64,000 bases of DNA, from the NCBI RefSeq assembly GCF_009914755.1, contig NC_060930.1; one strand, given 5' to 3'. The first letter of the stretch is position 1. The number at the start of each line of letters is the position of its first letter. The DNA is from the human T2T-CHM13v2.0 reference genome, Homo sapiens. Under the pieces are notes generated by a model. That model was not told the DNA's origin and ran no database searches. It saw nothing but the letters and a program-made list of their open reading frames with translations. The translations under genes and the position numbers were made by a program. Below are positions 1-20,580 of this stretch, piece by piece.

Positions 1-309
<309 letters not shown>

Positions 310-1056
310 GAATGAAAAGAAATGAACAAAACCTCCAAGAAATATGGGATCATGTAAAGAGACTGAATCTATGACTGATTGGAGTACCTAAAAGAGACAG
401 GAAGAATGGAACCAAGTTGTAAAACATACTTCAGGATATCATCCAGGATAACTTCCCCAACCTGGCAAAACAGGCCAACATTCAAATTTACGAAATGCAG
501 AGAACCCCAGTAAGATGCTCTACAAGATCATTCCCAAGACACATAATCACCACATTCTCCAAGGTCAAAATGAAAGAAAAACTGTTAAGGGCAGCCACAG
601 AGAAAGGCCAGGTCACCCTCAAAGGGAAGCCCATCAGACTAACAGTGGACCTCTCAGCAGAAACCCTACAAGCCAGAAGAGATTGAGGGCCAATATTCAA
701 CATTCTTAAAGAAAACAATTTCCAACCTAGAATTTCATATCTGGACAACCTAAGCTTCATAAGCAAAGGAGAAACAAGATCCTTTTCAGACAAGCAAATG
801 CTGAGGGAATTCATTACCACTAGACCTGCCTTACAAGAGCTCCTGAAGGAAGCACTAAATATGGAAGGGAAAAATCATTCCCAACCACTACAAAAACACA
901 ATGAAGTACACAGACCAGTGACACTATGAAGCAACCACATAAACAAGTTTGCAAAATAACCAGCTAGCATCGTGATGACAGGATCAAAACCACACATAAC
1001 AATTCTAATCTTAAATCTAAATGGGTTTAATCCCCCAATTAAAAGACACAGAATGG

Positions 1057-4000
1057 AAGGAATCATAGCCAGAAAAATGGCAGATAGGAGACAGGACTAA
1101 CCTGCAGCTCCCGCTTGGACAGACAGAACTGTGGAGGGGCATGTGGAGACTCACATTGTGAACTTTTGCTCCAAGAACCACTGCAGGAACATACCAGAGA
1201 AACTGAAAAAATTCACAGCCCCTTTGAAAGCAGTGGCTTGCTGCTGCAAACTCCGTTAGCCAAAAAACTGTGAGTTCCCAAAGTAGAAGAGGGGAAATGG
1301 CTGCCTCCAAATATAATCCCCACTGGGGAACCTAAAAATCCAGATCACGAGAGAAGAATTTAACCTTACCTAGAGCTGACATGGATTTAGGGAGCCAAGC
1401 GAAATATAAAAGTAGAAGAAGCAGTGGAAAGAGGCCTGCAGGCAGTCTTGGTCCCCAGCTCGAACCCAGTGAAGCCATCCCTTGCCTTATCTCACAGGGA
1501 CCCTCAGGAAAGGCCACCAGTAGAATTGGGGAGGGGCCACAGGGTGAAGGAAGCTCCTAGCTGAACTTTGCAATAATTTCAACTAAGCATGAATTTTTCT
1601 GAGCAGGACCCAGGAGGCAAACTGGAAGTGCAGATATGAGCACAGAAGCCACAGCCAAAGGTGCAGGCAGGTGGAGAAGGGTGGGGCCTAAGAGCCCTGC
1701 TTCCTTTCTCAGCCGGAAGGCTTATAATCTAGGGCAAGATCTCAGCCATGCTGACCAGCTGCCCAGGTATGAACTTGGTGCTGTTCGTAGGGCATGGTGT
1801 GACTGAGACTGGCCTTGCTGGCTTCATGGCAGCTGAGAAAGGCCTCTCACTGCCAGCTTTCCCCTACTTCCCTGGTGACCTGCATGACATAGCAGAGCCA
1901 GCCATAATCCCGTGGAAACATAACTCTACTGGCCTGAAAACCACCTCCCATCCCCCACAGTGGCCACAGCAAGCCCTACCTAAGGAGAGTCAGAGCTCAG
2001 ACCTGCCTAACTCTGATCCCACTATGGTTTTTTTGCTACCAATCCTGGTAGCCAAAGACAAAAGACATAAACTCTTGGGAGCTCTATGGCCCCACCCATC
2101 ACCTGAGAAACCCAGGTACTTAACCTGGTTAATGAAGGACAAGAAGATATCCCCCTTCTACTACTGCAGCTGGTGTTGTCCTGAAAGCACCAACTCCTGG
2201 CTGGAGGTCAACAAACTCAGGCCATTACAGCAACTCATAACAGAACAACCCTGCTCCAAAGGAGAAAACAAGAGCTAATTCCACCACCTGCAACACCCTG
2301 ACTAACCAGACGTCCTGAATCTGTCCATGTGACAACTTCACTGCTAGCATAACCAGCATTTGAGAAAACCAGGGCACTAAACAAAACTACAACCAAGGAC
2401 TCCCACAGAGTCCACTTCACTCCCCTACCACCCCCACTGGAGCAGGTGCTGGTATCCATGGCTGAATGACCTGAAGACAGATCACATCACAGGATTCTTT
2501 GCATACATTCCCTGGCACCAGCCTGGAGCCCAGTAGCCCCGATGAATGGCTAGACCCAGAAGGGCAAAAGCAAACTCCCTCACTGAAGTCTGGCTCTCAG
2601 GAAGCCTTATCTCTGGGGGAAGGGGGAGAGCACCCCATCAAAGGATCACTCTGTGGGACAAAAGAATCTGAACAGCAGCCCTTGAGTTCCATATCTTTCC
2701 CCTGAAACAGTCTACCCAAGTGAGATGGAACCAGAAAAGTAATTCTGGTAATATGAGAAAACAAGGTTCTATGACACCCGCAAAAGATCATACTAGCTCT
2801 CCAGCAATGGATCTAAACCAAGAAGAAATCTCTGAATTGCCAGATAAAAAATTCAGAAGGTTGACTATTAAGCTATTCAAGGAGGTACCAGAGAAAGATG
2901 AAAAACAACTTAAAGAAATTTTTAAAACAATACAAGATATGCATTAAAAAGTCTCCAGAGAAATAAATGTCATAAAGAAGACAACCACAAGTTCTAGAAA
3001 TGAAAGACAAACTTAGAGAAATGCAAAATACACTGGAAAGTTAACAGAATCAAATAAGTAGAAGAAAGAACTTCCTAGCTGAAACACAAGGCTTTCGAAT
3101 TAACCCAACCTGACAAAGACAAAGAAAAAATAATTTAAAAAATGAACAAAGCCTCCAAGAAATTTGGGATTATGTTAAATTACCAAACATAAGAATAATT
3201 GGTGTTCCTGAGGAAGAAGAGAAATATAAACGTTTGGAAAAATTATTTGAGGGACTACTCAAGGAAAAATTTTCTGGTCTGGCTAGAGATCTAGACATCC
3301 AAACACAAGATGCTCAAAGAACACCCAGGAAATTCATTGCAAAAAGATCATCACCTAGGCACATAATCGTTAGGTTATCTAAAGTCAAGATGAAGGAAAG
3401 AATCTTAAGAGCTATGGGGCAAATGCAACAGGTAACCTATAAAGGAAAACCTATCAGATTAACAGCAGATTTCTCAGCAAAACCCTACAAGCCAGAAGGG
3501 ATTGGGGTCCTATCTTTAGCCTCCTGAAACAAAATAATTACCAGCCAAGAATTTTCTATCCAATGTAACTAAGCTTCATAAATGAAGGAGAGATAAAAAT
3601 ACTTTTCAGACAAACAAATGCTGACAGAATTCTTGACTACCAAGCCAGCACTACAAGAAATGCCAAAAGGGGTTTTAAATATTGAAACAAAACCTTGAAA
3701 TACACCAAATTCGAACCTCCTCAAAGCATAAATCTCACAGAGCCTATAAAACAACAACACAAGATTAAAAAACAACAACAACAAGGTATTCAACTAGCAT
3801 GATGAATAGAACAGTACATCACACCTCAATACTAATATTGAATGTAAATGACCTAATTGCTCCACTTAAAAGATGCAGAATGGCAGAATGGATAAAAACC
3901 CACCAACCAAGTATCTGCGTTCTTCAAGAGACTCACCTAACACATAAGGACACACATAAATTTAAGGTAAAGGGGTTAAAAAAAGATAGAAAATACAGTA

Positions 4001-7000
4001 TATGCAAATAGAAACCAAAAGTGAGCAGATGTAGCTATTCTTATATCAGACAAAACAGACTTCAAAGCAACAACAGTTTAAAAAGACAAAGAGGGATGTT
4101 GTATAATGATAAAAGGATTAGTCCAACAGGAAAATATCACAATCCTAAATATACGTATAACTAATACTGGAGCTCCCAAATTCATAAAACAATTACTGCT
4201 AGAACTAAGAAATAAGATAGACAGCACCACAATAATATTGGTGGACCTCAATACTTCACTGACAACATTGAGAGGTCATCAAAACAGAAAGTCAACAAAG
4301 AAACTATGAACTTAAACTATACCCTAGAACAAATGGACTTAACAGATATTTATAGAACATTCTATCCAGCAAGTGCAGAATATATGTTCTTTTCATCAGC
4401 ACATGGGATACTCGCCAAGACAGACCATATGATAGGCCACAAAACAAGGCAATAAATTTTAAAAAATTGAAATTATATCAAGTACTCTCTCAGATCATAG
4501 TGGAATAAAATTGGAAATTAACTCCAAAAGGAATCCTCAAAACTATACAAATACATGGGAATTAAATAATCTGCTCCTGAATGAACTTTGGGTCAACAAT
4601 GAAATCAAGATGGCAATTTAAAAATTATTTGAGATGAATGATAATAGTGACACAACCTACCAAAACCACTGGGATACAGTAAAAGCAATACTAAAAGGAA
4701 AGTTCATAGCATTAAATGCCTATATCAAAAAGTCTTAAAGAGCACAAACAGACAATCTAAGTTCCAACCTCAAGGAACTAGAGAAACAAGAACAAATAAA
4801 ATCCAAACCCAGCAGAAGAAAAGAAATAACCAAGGCCAGAGCAGAATTAAATGAAATTGAAAAAAGTATATAAAAGATAAATGAAACAAAAAGCTGATTC
4901 TTTGAAAAGATAAATCAATAGACCAAAAGAAGAGAAAAGGTCCAATTAACCTCAATTAGAAATGAAACAGAAGATATTACAGCCAATACCACAGAAATAC
5001 AAAAGATCATTCAAAGCTACTACAAACACCTTTATGTGCACAAATGAGAAAACCTAGAGGAGATGGATAAATTCATGGAAATATACAACCCTTCTAGATT
5101 AAACCAGGAAGAAATAGAAACCCTGAACAGGCCAATGACAAGTAGCAAGATTGAAACAGTAATTTTAAAATTGCCAACAAAAAATATCCAGGACCAGATG
5201 GATTCAAAGCTGAATTCTACCAGACATTCAAAGAAGAATTGGTTCCAATCCTACTGATACTATTCCAAAAGATATAGAAATAAGGAATCCTCCTAAATCA
5301 TTCTATGAAGCCCGTATTACCATAAATCAAAAACAAGAAAGGACATAACAAATAAAAGAAAACTATAGGCCAATTTCCCTGATAAACATAGATGCAAAAA
5401 TCCTTAGCAAAACACTAGCTAACTGAATCCAAAATCATATCAAAAAGATAATACACCATGATCAAATAGATTTCCTATCAAGGATTCAGGGTCGGTTTAA
5501 CATATCCAAGTCAATAAATATGATACATCACATAAACAGAATTAAAAACAAAAATTACATTATCATCTTAATATATGTAGGAAAAGCATTTGACAAAATC
5601 CAACATCTTTATGATTAAAAGCCTCAGCTAAATTGGCATAGAAGGGACATACCTTGAGGTAATAAAAGCTATCTATGACAAACACACAGCCAACATTATA
5701 CTGAAAGGGGAAAAGTTGAAAGCATTCCCCCTGAGAACTGGACCAAGCCAAGGATGCCCACTTTCACCATTTCTATTCGACATAGTACTGGAAGTCCTAG
5801 CCAGAGCAATCAGACAAGAGAAAGAAACAAAGGGCATTAAATCAGTAAAAAGGAAGTCAAACTGTCGCTGCTCACTGATAATATGATTGTATACCTAGAA
5901 AACACTAAAGCTCCTAGATCTGAAAAATAAATTCAGTAAAGTTTGAGGATACAAAGTCAATGTACACGAACCAGTAGTATTGCTACACTCTAACAGTGAC
6001 CAAGCTGAGAATCAAATCAAGAACTCAACCCCTTTTACAACAGCTGCAAAAAATAATAATAATAAAATACTTAGGAATATAGCTAACCAAGGAGGTGAAA
6101 GACCTCTACAAGAACTACAAAACACTGCTGAAATAAATCATAGAAGACACAAACAAATGGAAACACAACCCATGCTCATGCTCATGGATGGGTAGAATCA
6201 ATTGGGAAAATGACCATATTGCCAAAAGCGATCTATAATTTCAATGCAATTTTCAACAAAATAACATCATCATTCTTCACAGAACTAGAAAAATCAATCC
6301 TAAAATTCATATGGAACAAAAAAAGAGCCCACATATCCAAAACAAGACTGAGAAAAAAAGTACAAATCTGGAGGCATCACATTACCAGACTTCAAACTAT
6401 ACTACAAGGTTATAGTTATCAAAACAGCATGGTGCTTGTATGAAAACAGGCATGTAGACCAGTGGACCAGATTAGAGAACACAGAAATAGAGCCAAATAC
6501 AGTTAACTGATCTTTGACAAAGCAAATAAAAACCATAAAGTGGGGAAAGGGCACCCTACTCAACAAATGGTGCTAAGATAATTGGCAAGGCACATAGAGA
6601 AGCATGAAACTGGATTCTCATCTCTCACCTTATAAAAACATCAACTCAAGATGGATCAAAAACTTACATCTAACCTGAAACCATAAAAATTCTAGAAGAT
6701 AACATCAGAAAAACTCTTGTAGACATTGATTTAGGCAAAGAGTTTATGACCAAGAACCCAAAAGCAAATGCCACAAAAACAAAGATAAATATTAATAGAT
6801 GGGACTTAATTAATCTAAAAAGCTTCTGCACAGCAAAAGAAATAATCAGTGGAGTAAACAGACAACCCAAAGAGAGGGAGAAAATATTCACAAACTATGC
6901 ATCCAAACAAGGACTATATCTAGAATCTCAAGGAACTCAAACAAATCAGCAAGGAAAAAAAACAGAAAATCCCATCAAAAAGTGGACTAAGACATGAATA

Positions 7001-7818
7001 GACAATTCTCAAAAGAAGATATACAAATGGCAAACAAACATGAAAAAATACACAACATCACTAATTATCAGGGAAATGCAAATCAAAACCACAATGTAAA
7101 ACCACCTTACTCTTACAAGAACGGCCATAATTAGAAAATCAAAAAATAATAGCTGTTGGTGTGAATGTGGTGAAAAGAGAACACTTTTACACTGCTGCTG
7201 GTAATGTAAACTAGTACAACCACTATGGAAAACAGTATGGAAATTCCTTAAAGAATTAAAAGTAGGACTATCATTTGATCCAGCAGTCCCACTACTGGGT
7301 ATCTACCCAGAGGAAAAGAAGTCATTATATGAAAAAGCAACTTGTACATGCATATTTATAGCAGCACAATTTGCCATTACAAAACTATGGAACCAGCTTT
7401 AATACCTGTCAACCAAGGAGTGGATAAAGAACGTGGCATATATACACCATGGAATACTACTCAGACACTAAAAAAGCAATGAAATAATGGCATTAGCAGC
7501 AACCTGGATGGGGGTGGAGACCATTATTCTAAGTGAAGTGACTCAAAAATGGAAAACCAAACATCCTATGTTCTCACTTATAAGTGGGAGCTAAGCTATG
7601 AGAACACAAAGGCATAAGAATAATATAATGGACTCTGGGGACTCGGGGGGAAGTGTGGGAGGGGGAGAGGAATAAAAGACTACACGTTAAGTGCAATGTA
7701 CCATGCTCAAGTGATAAGCACACCAAAATCTCAAAAATCACCACTAAAAAACTTATCCATGTAAAACAAACACCACCTCTTCCCGAAAAACTATTGAAAT
7801 AATAAGATAAAAAATTTA
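1057..7818 (+). mobile_element. Near full-length L1PB-type LINE-1 (5'UTR, ORF1 from ~2753, ORF2 from 3799, 3'UTR), degenerate, nested in the older L1
   Basis: ORF1 and endonuclease fragments (ILNVN..LQETHL); L1PB-type 3' end CACCAAAATCTCA..CACCACTAAA; TSD AAAAGACACAGAATGG at 1041-1056 and 7819-7834. Confidence 0.9.
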
Positions 7819-10299
7819 AAAAGACACAGAATGGCAAGCTGGATAAAGAGCCAAGGCCCATTGTTATGTTGTCTTCAAGTGACCCATCTCACATGCAAAG
7901 GCACACATAGGTTCAAAATAAAGAAAAGGAGGAAAATATACCAAGCAAACTAAAAACAAAAAAAGCAGGGGTTGCAATCCTAGTTTCTGACAAAACAGAC
8001 TTTAAACCAACAAAGATCAAAAAAGACAAAGGGCATTACATAATGACAAAGGGTTCAATTCAATAAGAAGAGCTAACTATAATAAATATGTATTAACCCA
8101 ACACAGGAGCACCCAAATTCATAAAGCAAGTGCTTAGAGACCTACAAAGAGACTTAGACTCCCACACAATAATAGTGGGAGACTTTAACACCCCACTGAC
8201 AATATTAGACAGATCATTGAGACAGAAAATTAACAAAGATATTCTAGACCTGAACTCAGTGCTGGATCAAGTGGACCTGATAGATATCTACCGAACTCTC
8301 TACTCAAATTCAACAGAATATATATTCTTCTCATCACTAAATGGCATTTATTCTAAAATTGATCACATAATCGGAAGTAAAACACTCCTCAGCAAATGCA
8401 AAAGAACTGAAATCATAACAGTTCTCAGACCACAGCAAGCAAATTAGAACTCAAGATTAAGAAATTCACTCAAAACCATACAACCACATGGAAATTGAAC
8501 AACCTGCTCCTGAATGACTTTTAGGTAAGTAATAAAATTAAGGCAGAAATCAATAAGTTATTTTAAACTAATGAGAACAAAGATACAATGTATCAGAATC
8601 TGGGACACAGGCAAAGCAGCATTAAGAGGGAAATTTATAGTATTAAATGCCCACATCAAAAAGTTAGAATGACCTCAAATGAACAACCTAACATCATAAT
8701 TAAAAGAACCAGAGAACCAAGAGCAAACAAACCCCAAAGCTAACAGAAGACAAGAAATAGCCAAGATCAGAGCTGAACTGAAGGAGGTGAGGACATGAAA
8801 AACCCACTGAAAAATCAACAAATCCAAGAGCTGGACTTTTGAAAAAAATAATAAAATAGATAGACTGCTAGCTAGACCAATATAGAAGAACAAAGAGAAG
8901 ATTCAAACAAACACAATCAAAAATGATAAGGGGGTTATCACCACTGACCCCACAGAAATACAAACAACCATCAGAGAATACTATAAGCAACTCTATGCAC
9001 ATAAAGTAGAAAATCTAGAAGAAATGAATAAATTCCTGGACACATACACCATCTCAAGACTGAATCAGGAAGAAATCATATCCCTCAATAGGCCAACAAC
9101 AGTTCTGAAATGAGGCAGTAATAAATAGCCTACCAACCAAAAAAAGCCCAGGACCAGATGAATTCACAGCTGAATTCTACCAGAGGTACAAAGAAAAGCT
9201 GCTACCATTTCTACTGAAACTATTCCAAAAAATCAAGGAGGAGGGTCTCCTCCTTCACTCAATCTATGAGGCCAGCATCACCCTGATTCTGAAACCTGGC
9301 AGAGATACAACAAAAAAAAAGAAAACTTCAGGCCAATATCCTTGATTGTACATTGACACAAAAATCCTCAACAAAATACTGGCGAACTGAATCCAGCAGC
9401 ACATCAAAAAGCTTATCCACCACGATCAAGTAGGCTTCATCCCTGGAATGCAAGTCTGATTCAACATATGCAAATCAATAAATGTGATTCATCACATAAA
9501 CAGAACTAAAGACAAAAACCACATGATTATCTCAATACACACAGAAAAGCCCTTTGATAAAATTCAACATCCCTTCATGTTAACAACTCTCAATAAACTA
9601 GGTATTGAAGGAACATACTTCAAAATTATAAGAGCCATCTGTGACAAACCCATAGCCAATATCATACTGAATGGGCAAAAGCTGGAAGCACTCCCCTTGA
9701 AAACCAGCACAAGACAAGGATCCCCTCTCTCACCACTCCTATCCAACATAGTATTGGAAGTTCTAGCCAGGGCAATTAGACAAGAGAAAGAAATAAAGGG
9801 TATTCAAATAGGAAGAGAGGAAGTCAAAATATCTTTGTTTGCAGATGACATGATGTTATATCTGGAAAACCCCATCAACTCAGCCCAAAAGCTTCTTAAA
9901 TTGATAAGCAACTTCAGCAAAGTCTCAGCAACTTCAATAAAGTCTCAGGGTACAAAATCAATGTGCAAAAATCACTAGCATTCCCAAACACCAACAACAG
10001 GCAAATCAAGAGTCAAATGACAAATGAACTCCCATTCACAAAAAGAATAAGATATGTAGGAATTCAGCTAACAAGGGAAGTGAAGGACCTCTTCAAGAAG
10101 AACGACAAACCCCTGCTCAAAGAAATCAGAGAGGACACAAACAAACAGAAAAGCATTCCATGCACATGGATAGGAAGAATCAATATCAATGAAAATGGCC
10201 ATAATGCTCAAAGCAGTTTATAGACTCAATGCTGTTCCCATTAAAGTACCATTGACATTCTTCACAGAATTAGAAAAAAACTATTTTAAAATTTATATG

Positions 10300-10961
10300 T
10301 GTGATGGTTAATATTGAATGTCAACTTTATTGGATTGAAGGATGCAAAGTATTGTCCCTGGGTGTGTCTGTGAGGGTGTTGCCAAAGGAGATTAACATTT
10401 GAGTCAGTGCACTAGGAGAGGCAGACTCACCCTCAATCTGGGTGGGCACCATCTAATCAGCTGCCAGTGCAGATAGGATCAAAGCAAGCAGAGGAACATG
10501 GAAGGGCTAGACTGGCTAAGTCTTCTGGCCTCCATCTTTCTCCATTACTGGATGCTACCTGCCCTCGAACATCAGACTCCAAGTCTTCAGCTTTTGGACT
10601 CTTGGACCTACACCAGGGGCTCTCAGACCTTCAGCCACAGACTAAAGGCTGCACTGTCGGCTTCCCTATTTTTGAGGTTTTGGGACTCAAACTGGCTTCC
10701 TTGCTCATTAGCTTGCAGACAGCTTACTGTGGAACTTCATCTTCTGATCATGTGAGTCAATATTCCTTAATAAACTCCATTTCATATATATATATAATTA
10801 CATATATAATATATATTATATATTATATATAATATATATTATATATTATATATAATATATATTATATATTATATATAATATATAATATATATTATATATA
10901 ATATATAATATATATTATATATAATATATAATATATATTTTATATATAATATATATATGAA

Positions 10962-10997
<36 letters not shown>

Positions 10998-11035
10998 TAT
11001 TAGTCCTATCCCTCTAGAGAACCCTGACTAATACA
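10300..11035 (+). mobile_element. MLT2A (ERVL) solo LTR
   Basis: Starts TGTGATGGTTAATATTGA, ends GAACCCTGACTAATACA; 5-bp TSD ATATG (10295-10299, 11036-11040). Confidence 0.92.
10785..10995. repeat. AT-rich (TA)n/TAATA microsatellite expansion inside MLT2A
   Basis: About 210 bp of nearly pure A/T. Confidence 0.95.
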
Positions 11036-12990
11036 ATATGGAACCAAAAAAGAGCTTGAATATCCAAGGCAACCCTAAGCAAAAAGAACAAAGCTGGAAA
11101 CATCACGCTACCCGACTTTGAACTATACTACAGGGCTACAGTCACCAAAACTCCATGGTCCACATACAAAAACAGACATATAGGCCAATTGAACAGAATA
11201 GAGAACCCAGAAATATGACTGCACACCTACAACCATCTGATCTTCAACAAACCTGACAAAAACAAGCAATGGGGAAAGGATTCCCTATCTAATAAATGGT
11301 GCTGGGAGAACTGGCTAGGCATATACAGAAAATTGAAACTGGACTCCTTCCTTATACCATATACAAAAATTAACTTAAGATGGATTAAAGAATTAAATGT
11401 AAAACCCAAAACTATAAAAACCCTAGAGGAAAACCTAGGCAATAACATTCAGGACATAGGCATGGGCAAAGATTTCATGACAAAGACACCAAAAGCAATT
11501 GCAACAAAAGCAAAACTTGACAAATGAGATCTAAGTAAACTAAAGAGCTTCTGCACAGCAAAAGAAACTATCAACAGAGTAAATAAACCTACAGAATGGG
11601 AGAAAACCCTAGAGAATGGGAGAAAAATTTTGCAATCTCTCCATCTGACAAAGGTCTAATAGCCAGCATTTATAAGGAACTTAAACAAATTTACAAGAAA
11701 AAAACAAATGACTCCATTAAAAAGTGGGCAAAGGACAAGAATAGACACTTCTCAAAAGAAGACATATACATACCTAACAAACATATGAAAAAAAGCTCAA
11801 GATCACTGATCATTCAAGAAATGCAAATCAAAATCACAATGAGATACCATCTCACATCAGTCAGAATGGGTATTATTAAAAAGTCAAAAAACAACAGGTG
11901 CTGGCAAGGCTGTGGAGAAAAAGGAATGCTTTTACACGTTGGTATGAGTGTAAATCTGTTTAACCATTGAGGACGTCAGCGTGGCGATTCCTCAAAGATT
12001 TAGAACAAGAAATACCATTTGACCCAACAATTCCATTGCTGGGTATACATCCAAAGGAATAAAAATCATTCTATTATAAAGATATATGCACACATATGTT
12101 CATTGCTGCATTAGTCACAATAGCAAAGACATGGAATGAACCTAAATGCCTATCGATATTAGACTGGATAATGAAAACGCAGTACATGTACTCTACGGAA
12201 TACTATGCAGCCATAAAAAGGAATGAGATCATGTCCTTTGCAGAGACATGGATGGAGCTAGAGGCCATTATCCTTAGCAAATGAATGCAGGAACAGAAAA
12301 CCAAATACCATGTGTTCTCCCTTATACCATGTGTTCTCCCTTACAAATGATGAGAACACATGGACACGTGGCGGGGAACAACACACAGTGGGGCTTGTCA
12401 GAGGGTTGTGTGTGGGAGGGAGAGCATCAGTATGAATAGCTAATGAATGCTGGGCTTAATACCTGGGTAATGGGATGATCTGTGCAGCAAACCACCACAG
12501 CACACATTTACCTATATAACAAATCTGCACATCCTGCACAGGTACCCCTGAACTTCAAAGTTGGACTTTTAAGAAAAAAAAAAGAGACAGAAAGAGAGAG
12601 AGAAAATTTCTAGCTAAAAAAAAAATTACTATTTTGACATGAGAAATCAATTCAATTACCTAAAAAAAAAAAATTTATTTTCTCAACAGGGTCATAGTAT
12701 AGTTAAAATGGTTACTGTGCTGGAAAAAAAGCTTCTGCAAGTGGTCAGTGGCCTCAATTCTCTTCTTGGTTCTCCATAGTCTTTAAAGATATCAATAAAT
12801 AGATATATTTTTATTTTCATATAGCTGAGTTCCACGTAAAATAAATATTTAAAAATCCCATGGAGATAAGCCTGAGTTTGGTTATTTGAAATCTTATTTA
12901 ATACATTGCTCTTTTACTTGGTAGTTTATCAATTCCTGTCAAATTACTGCATAACATTTCAACACCTGTGATTCCTTAAAAATGATTACA

Positions 12991-13293
12991 GACTGGAGCA
13001 GTGACTCTTGCCTGTAATTCTAACACTTCAGGAGGCCGAGGTGGGCAGATCACTTGAGCCTGGGAGTTCAAGACCAGCCTGGCAACATGGTGAGACCCTA
13101 TCTCTGTGAAAAAAAAAAAATTGCTAGGTATAGTGGTATGACCTGTAGTCCCAGCTTCCCAGGAGGCTGAGGTAGGAGGATCACCACCTGAGCCTGAAAA
13201 CTTGAGGCTGCAATGAGCCATGATTGTGCCACTGCACTTCAGCCTGGGCAAAGGAATGAGATTCTGTCTAAATAAATAAACAAATAAATAAAT
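12991..13293 (+). mobile_element. AluJ
   Basis: Dimeric Alu with CACTTGAGCC and GAGGCTGCA, (AAAT)n tail. Confidence 0.88.
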
Positions 13294-19745
<6,452 letters not shown>

Positions 19746-19765
19746 TAAATAAAATAAATCACAAA

Positions 19766-20064
19766 AGCTACCACAGTGGCTCCTGCCTGTAATCCCAACA
19801 CTCTGGGAGGCTGAGGTGGGAGTTTTGCTTGAGGCCAGGAGTTTGAGATCAGCCTAGGCAAATATAGCCAGACCTGGTCTCTACAAAACATTTTTTTATA
19901 TTAGCCAGGCATGGTGATCCATGTCTGTAGTCCCAACTACTTGTGAGTCTAAGGAAGGAGGATTCCTTGGGCCCAGGAGTTTGAGGTTGCAGTGAGCTCC
20001 TATCAAACCATTGCACTTCAGAGCAACAGAGCAAGCCTCTGTCTCTAACAAATAAATAAATAAA
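19766..20064 (+). mobile_element. AluJ
   Basis: Diverged dimeric Alu flanked by AAATCACAA repeats. Confidence 0.85.
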
Positions 20065-20249
20065 ATCACAACCTTATAGAACTAAAATGGCCTATAATTA
20101 TAGACTCATAGACTCTCAGAGCTCAAAATGACACTAGAGATCATCCTATACTACCAGGAATGTGAAATGACTTACATAAGGCTACACAGCACAACCAACA
20201 TATCATACCACCCAACACATCACACCACACAACACAACACACTTGCCAA

Positions 20250-20580
20250 CTGCAATGTGGGAATTTAGGACGGATTACAAAAAAAGATATTATTGTAACA
20301 ATTGAAAAAAATTAAATATGGAATGTCTACTACATGATATTACATCGTTATGATTAATTTCTTAGGTATAGTAAAGTATTTCCATCATATTTATTCTTAG
20401 ATGATGCATGTTCAATTATATGGGACTTTACAACTCATTACTAATTTTCACATGGCACAGCACATGTGTATGTATGTATTAATATATGCAAGGGAGACAT
20501 GAAAATATGACAGGACATTAACAATTTTTTTTAGATGGAAGACACATGGATATTCAAATTTTCTATATGTTTGAATATAC
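20250..20580 (+). mobile_element. L1MC/L1ME-like 3' fragment
   Basis: TGCAATGTG..ATTATTG..AATATGG pattern of old L1M 3' ends. Confidence 0.45.

Larger units (their letters stand above)
310..12585 (+). mobile_element. Old LINE-1 (L1PA15/16-like), degenerate; segments 310-1056, 7819-10299 and 11036-12585, split by later insertions
   Basis: ORF1 fragments (PRHII..KVKMKEK), ORF2 start ATGACAGGATC near 976, RT motif FADDM in ORF 9484-9978, 3'UTR GAGAGCATCAG..GAATAGCTAATG..TGCTGGGCTTAATACC. Confidence 0.88.
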
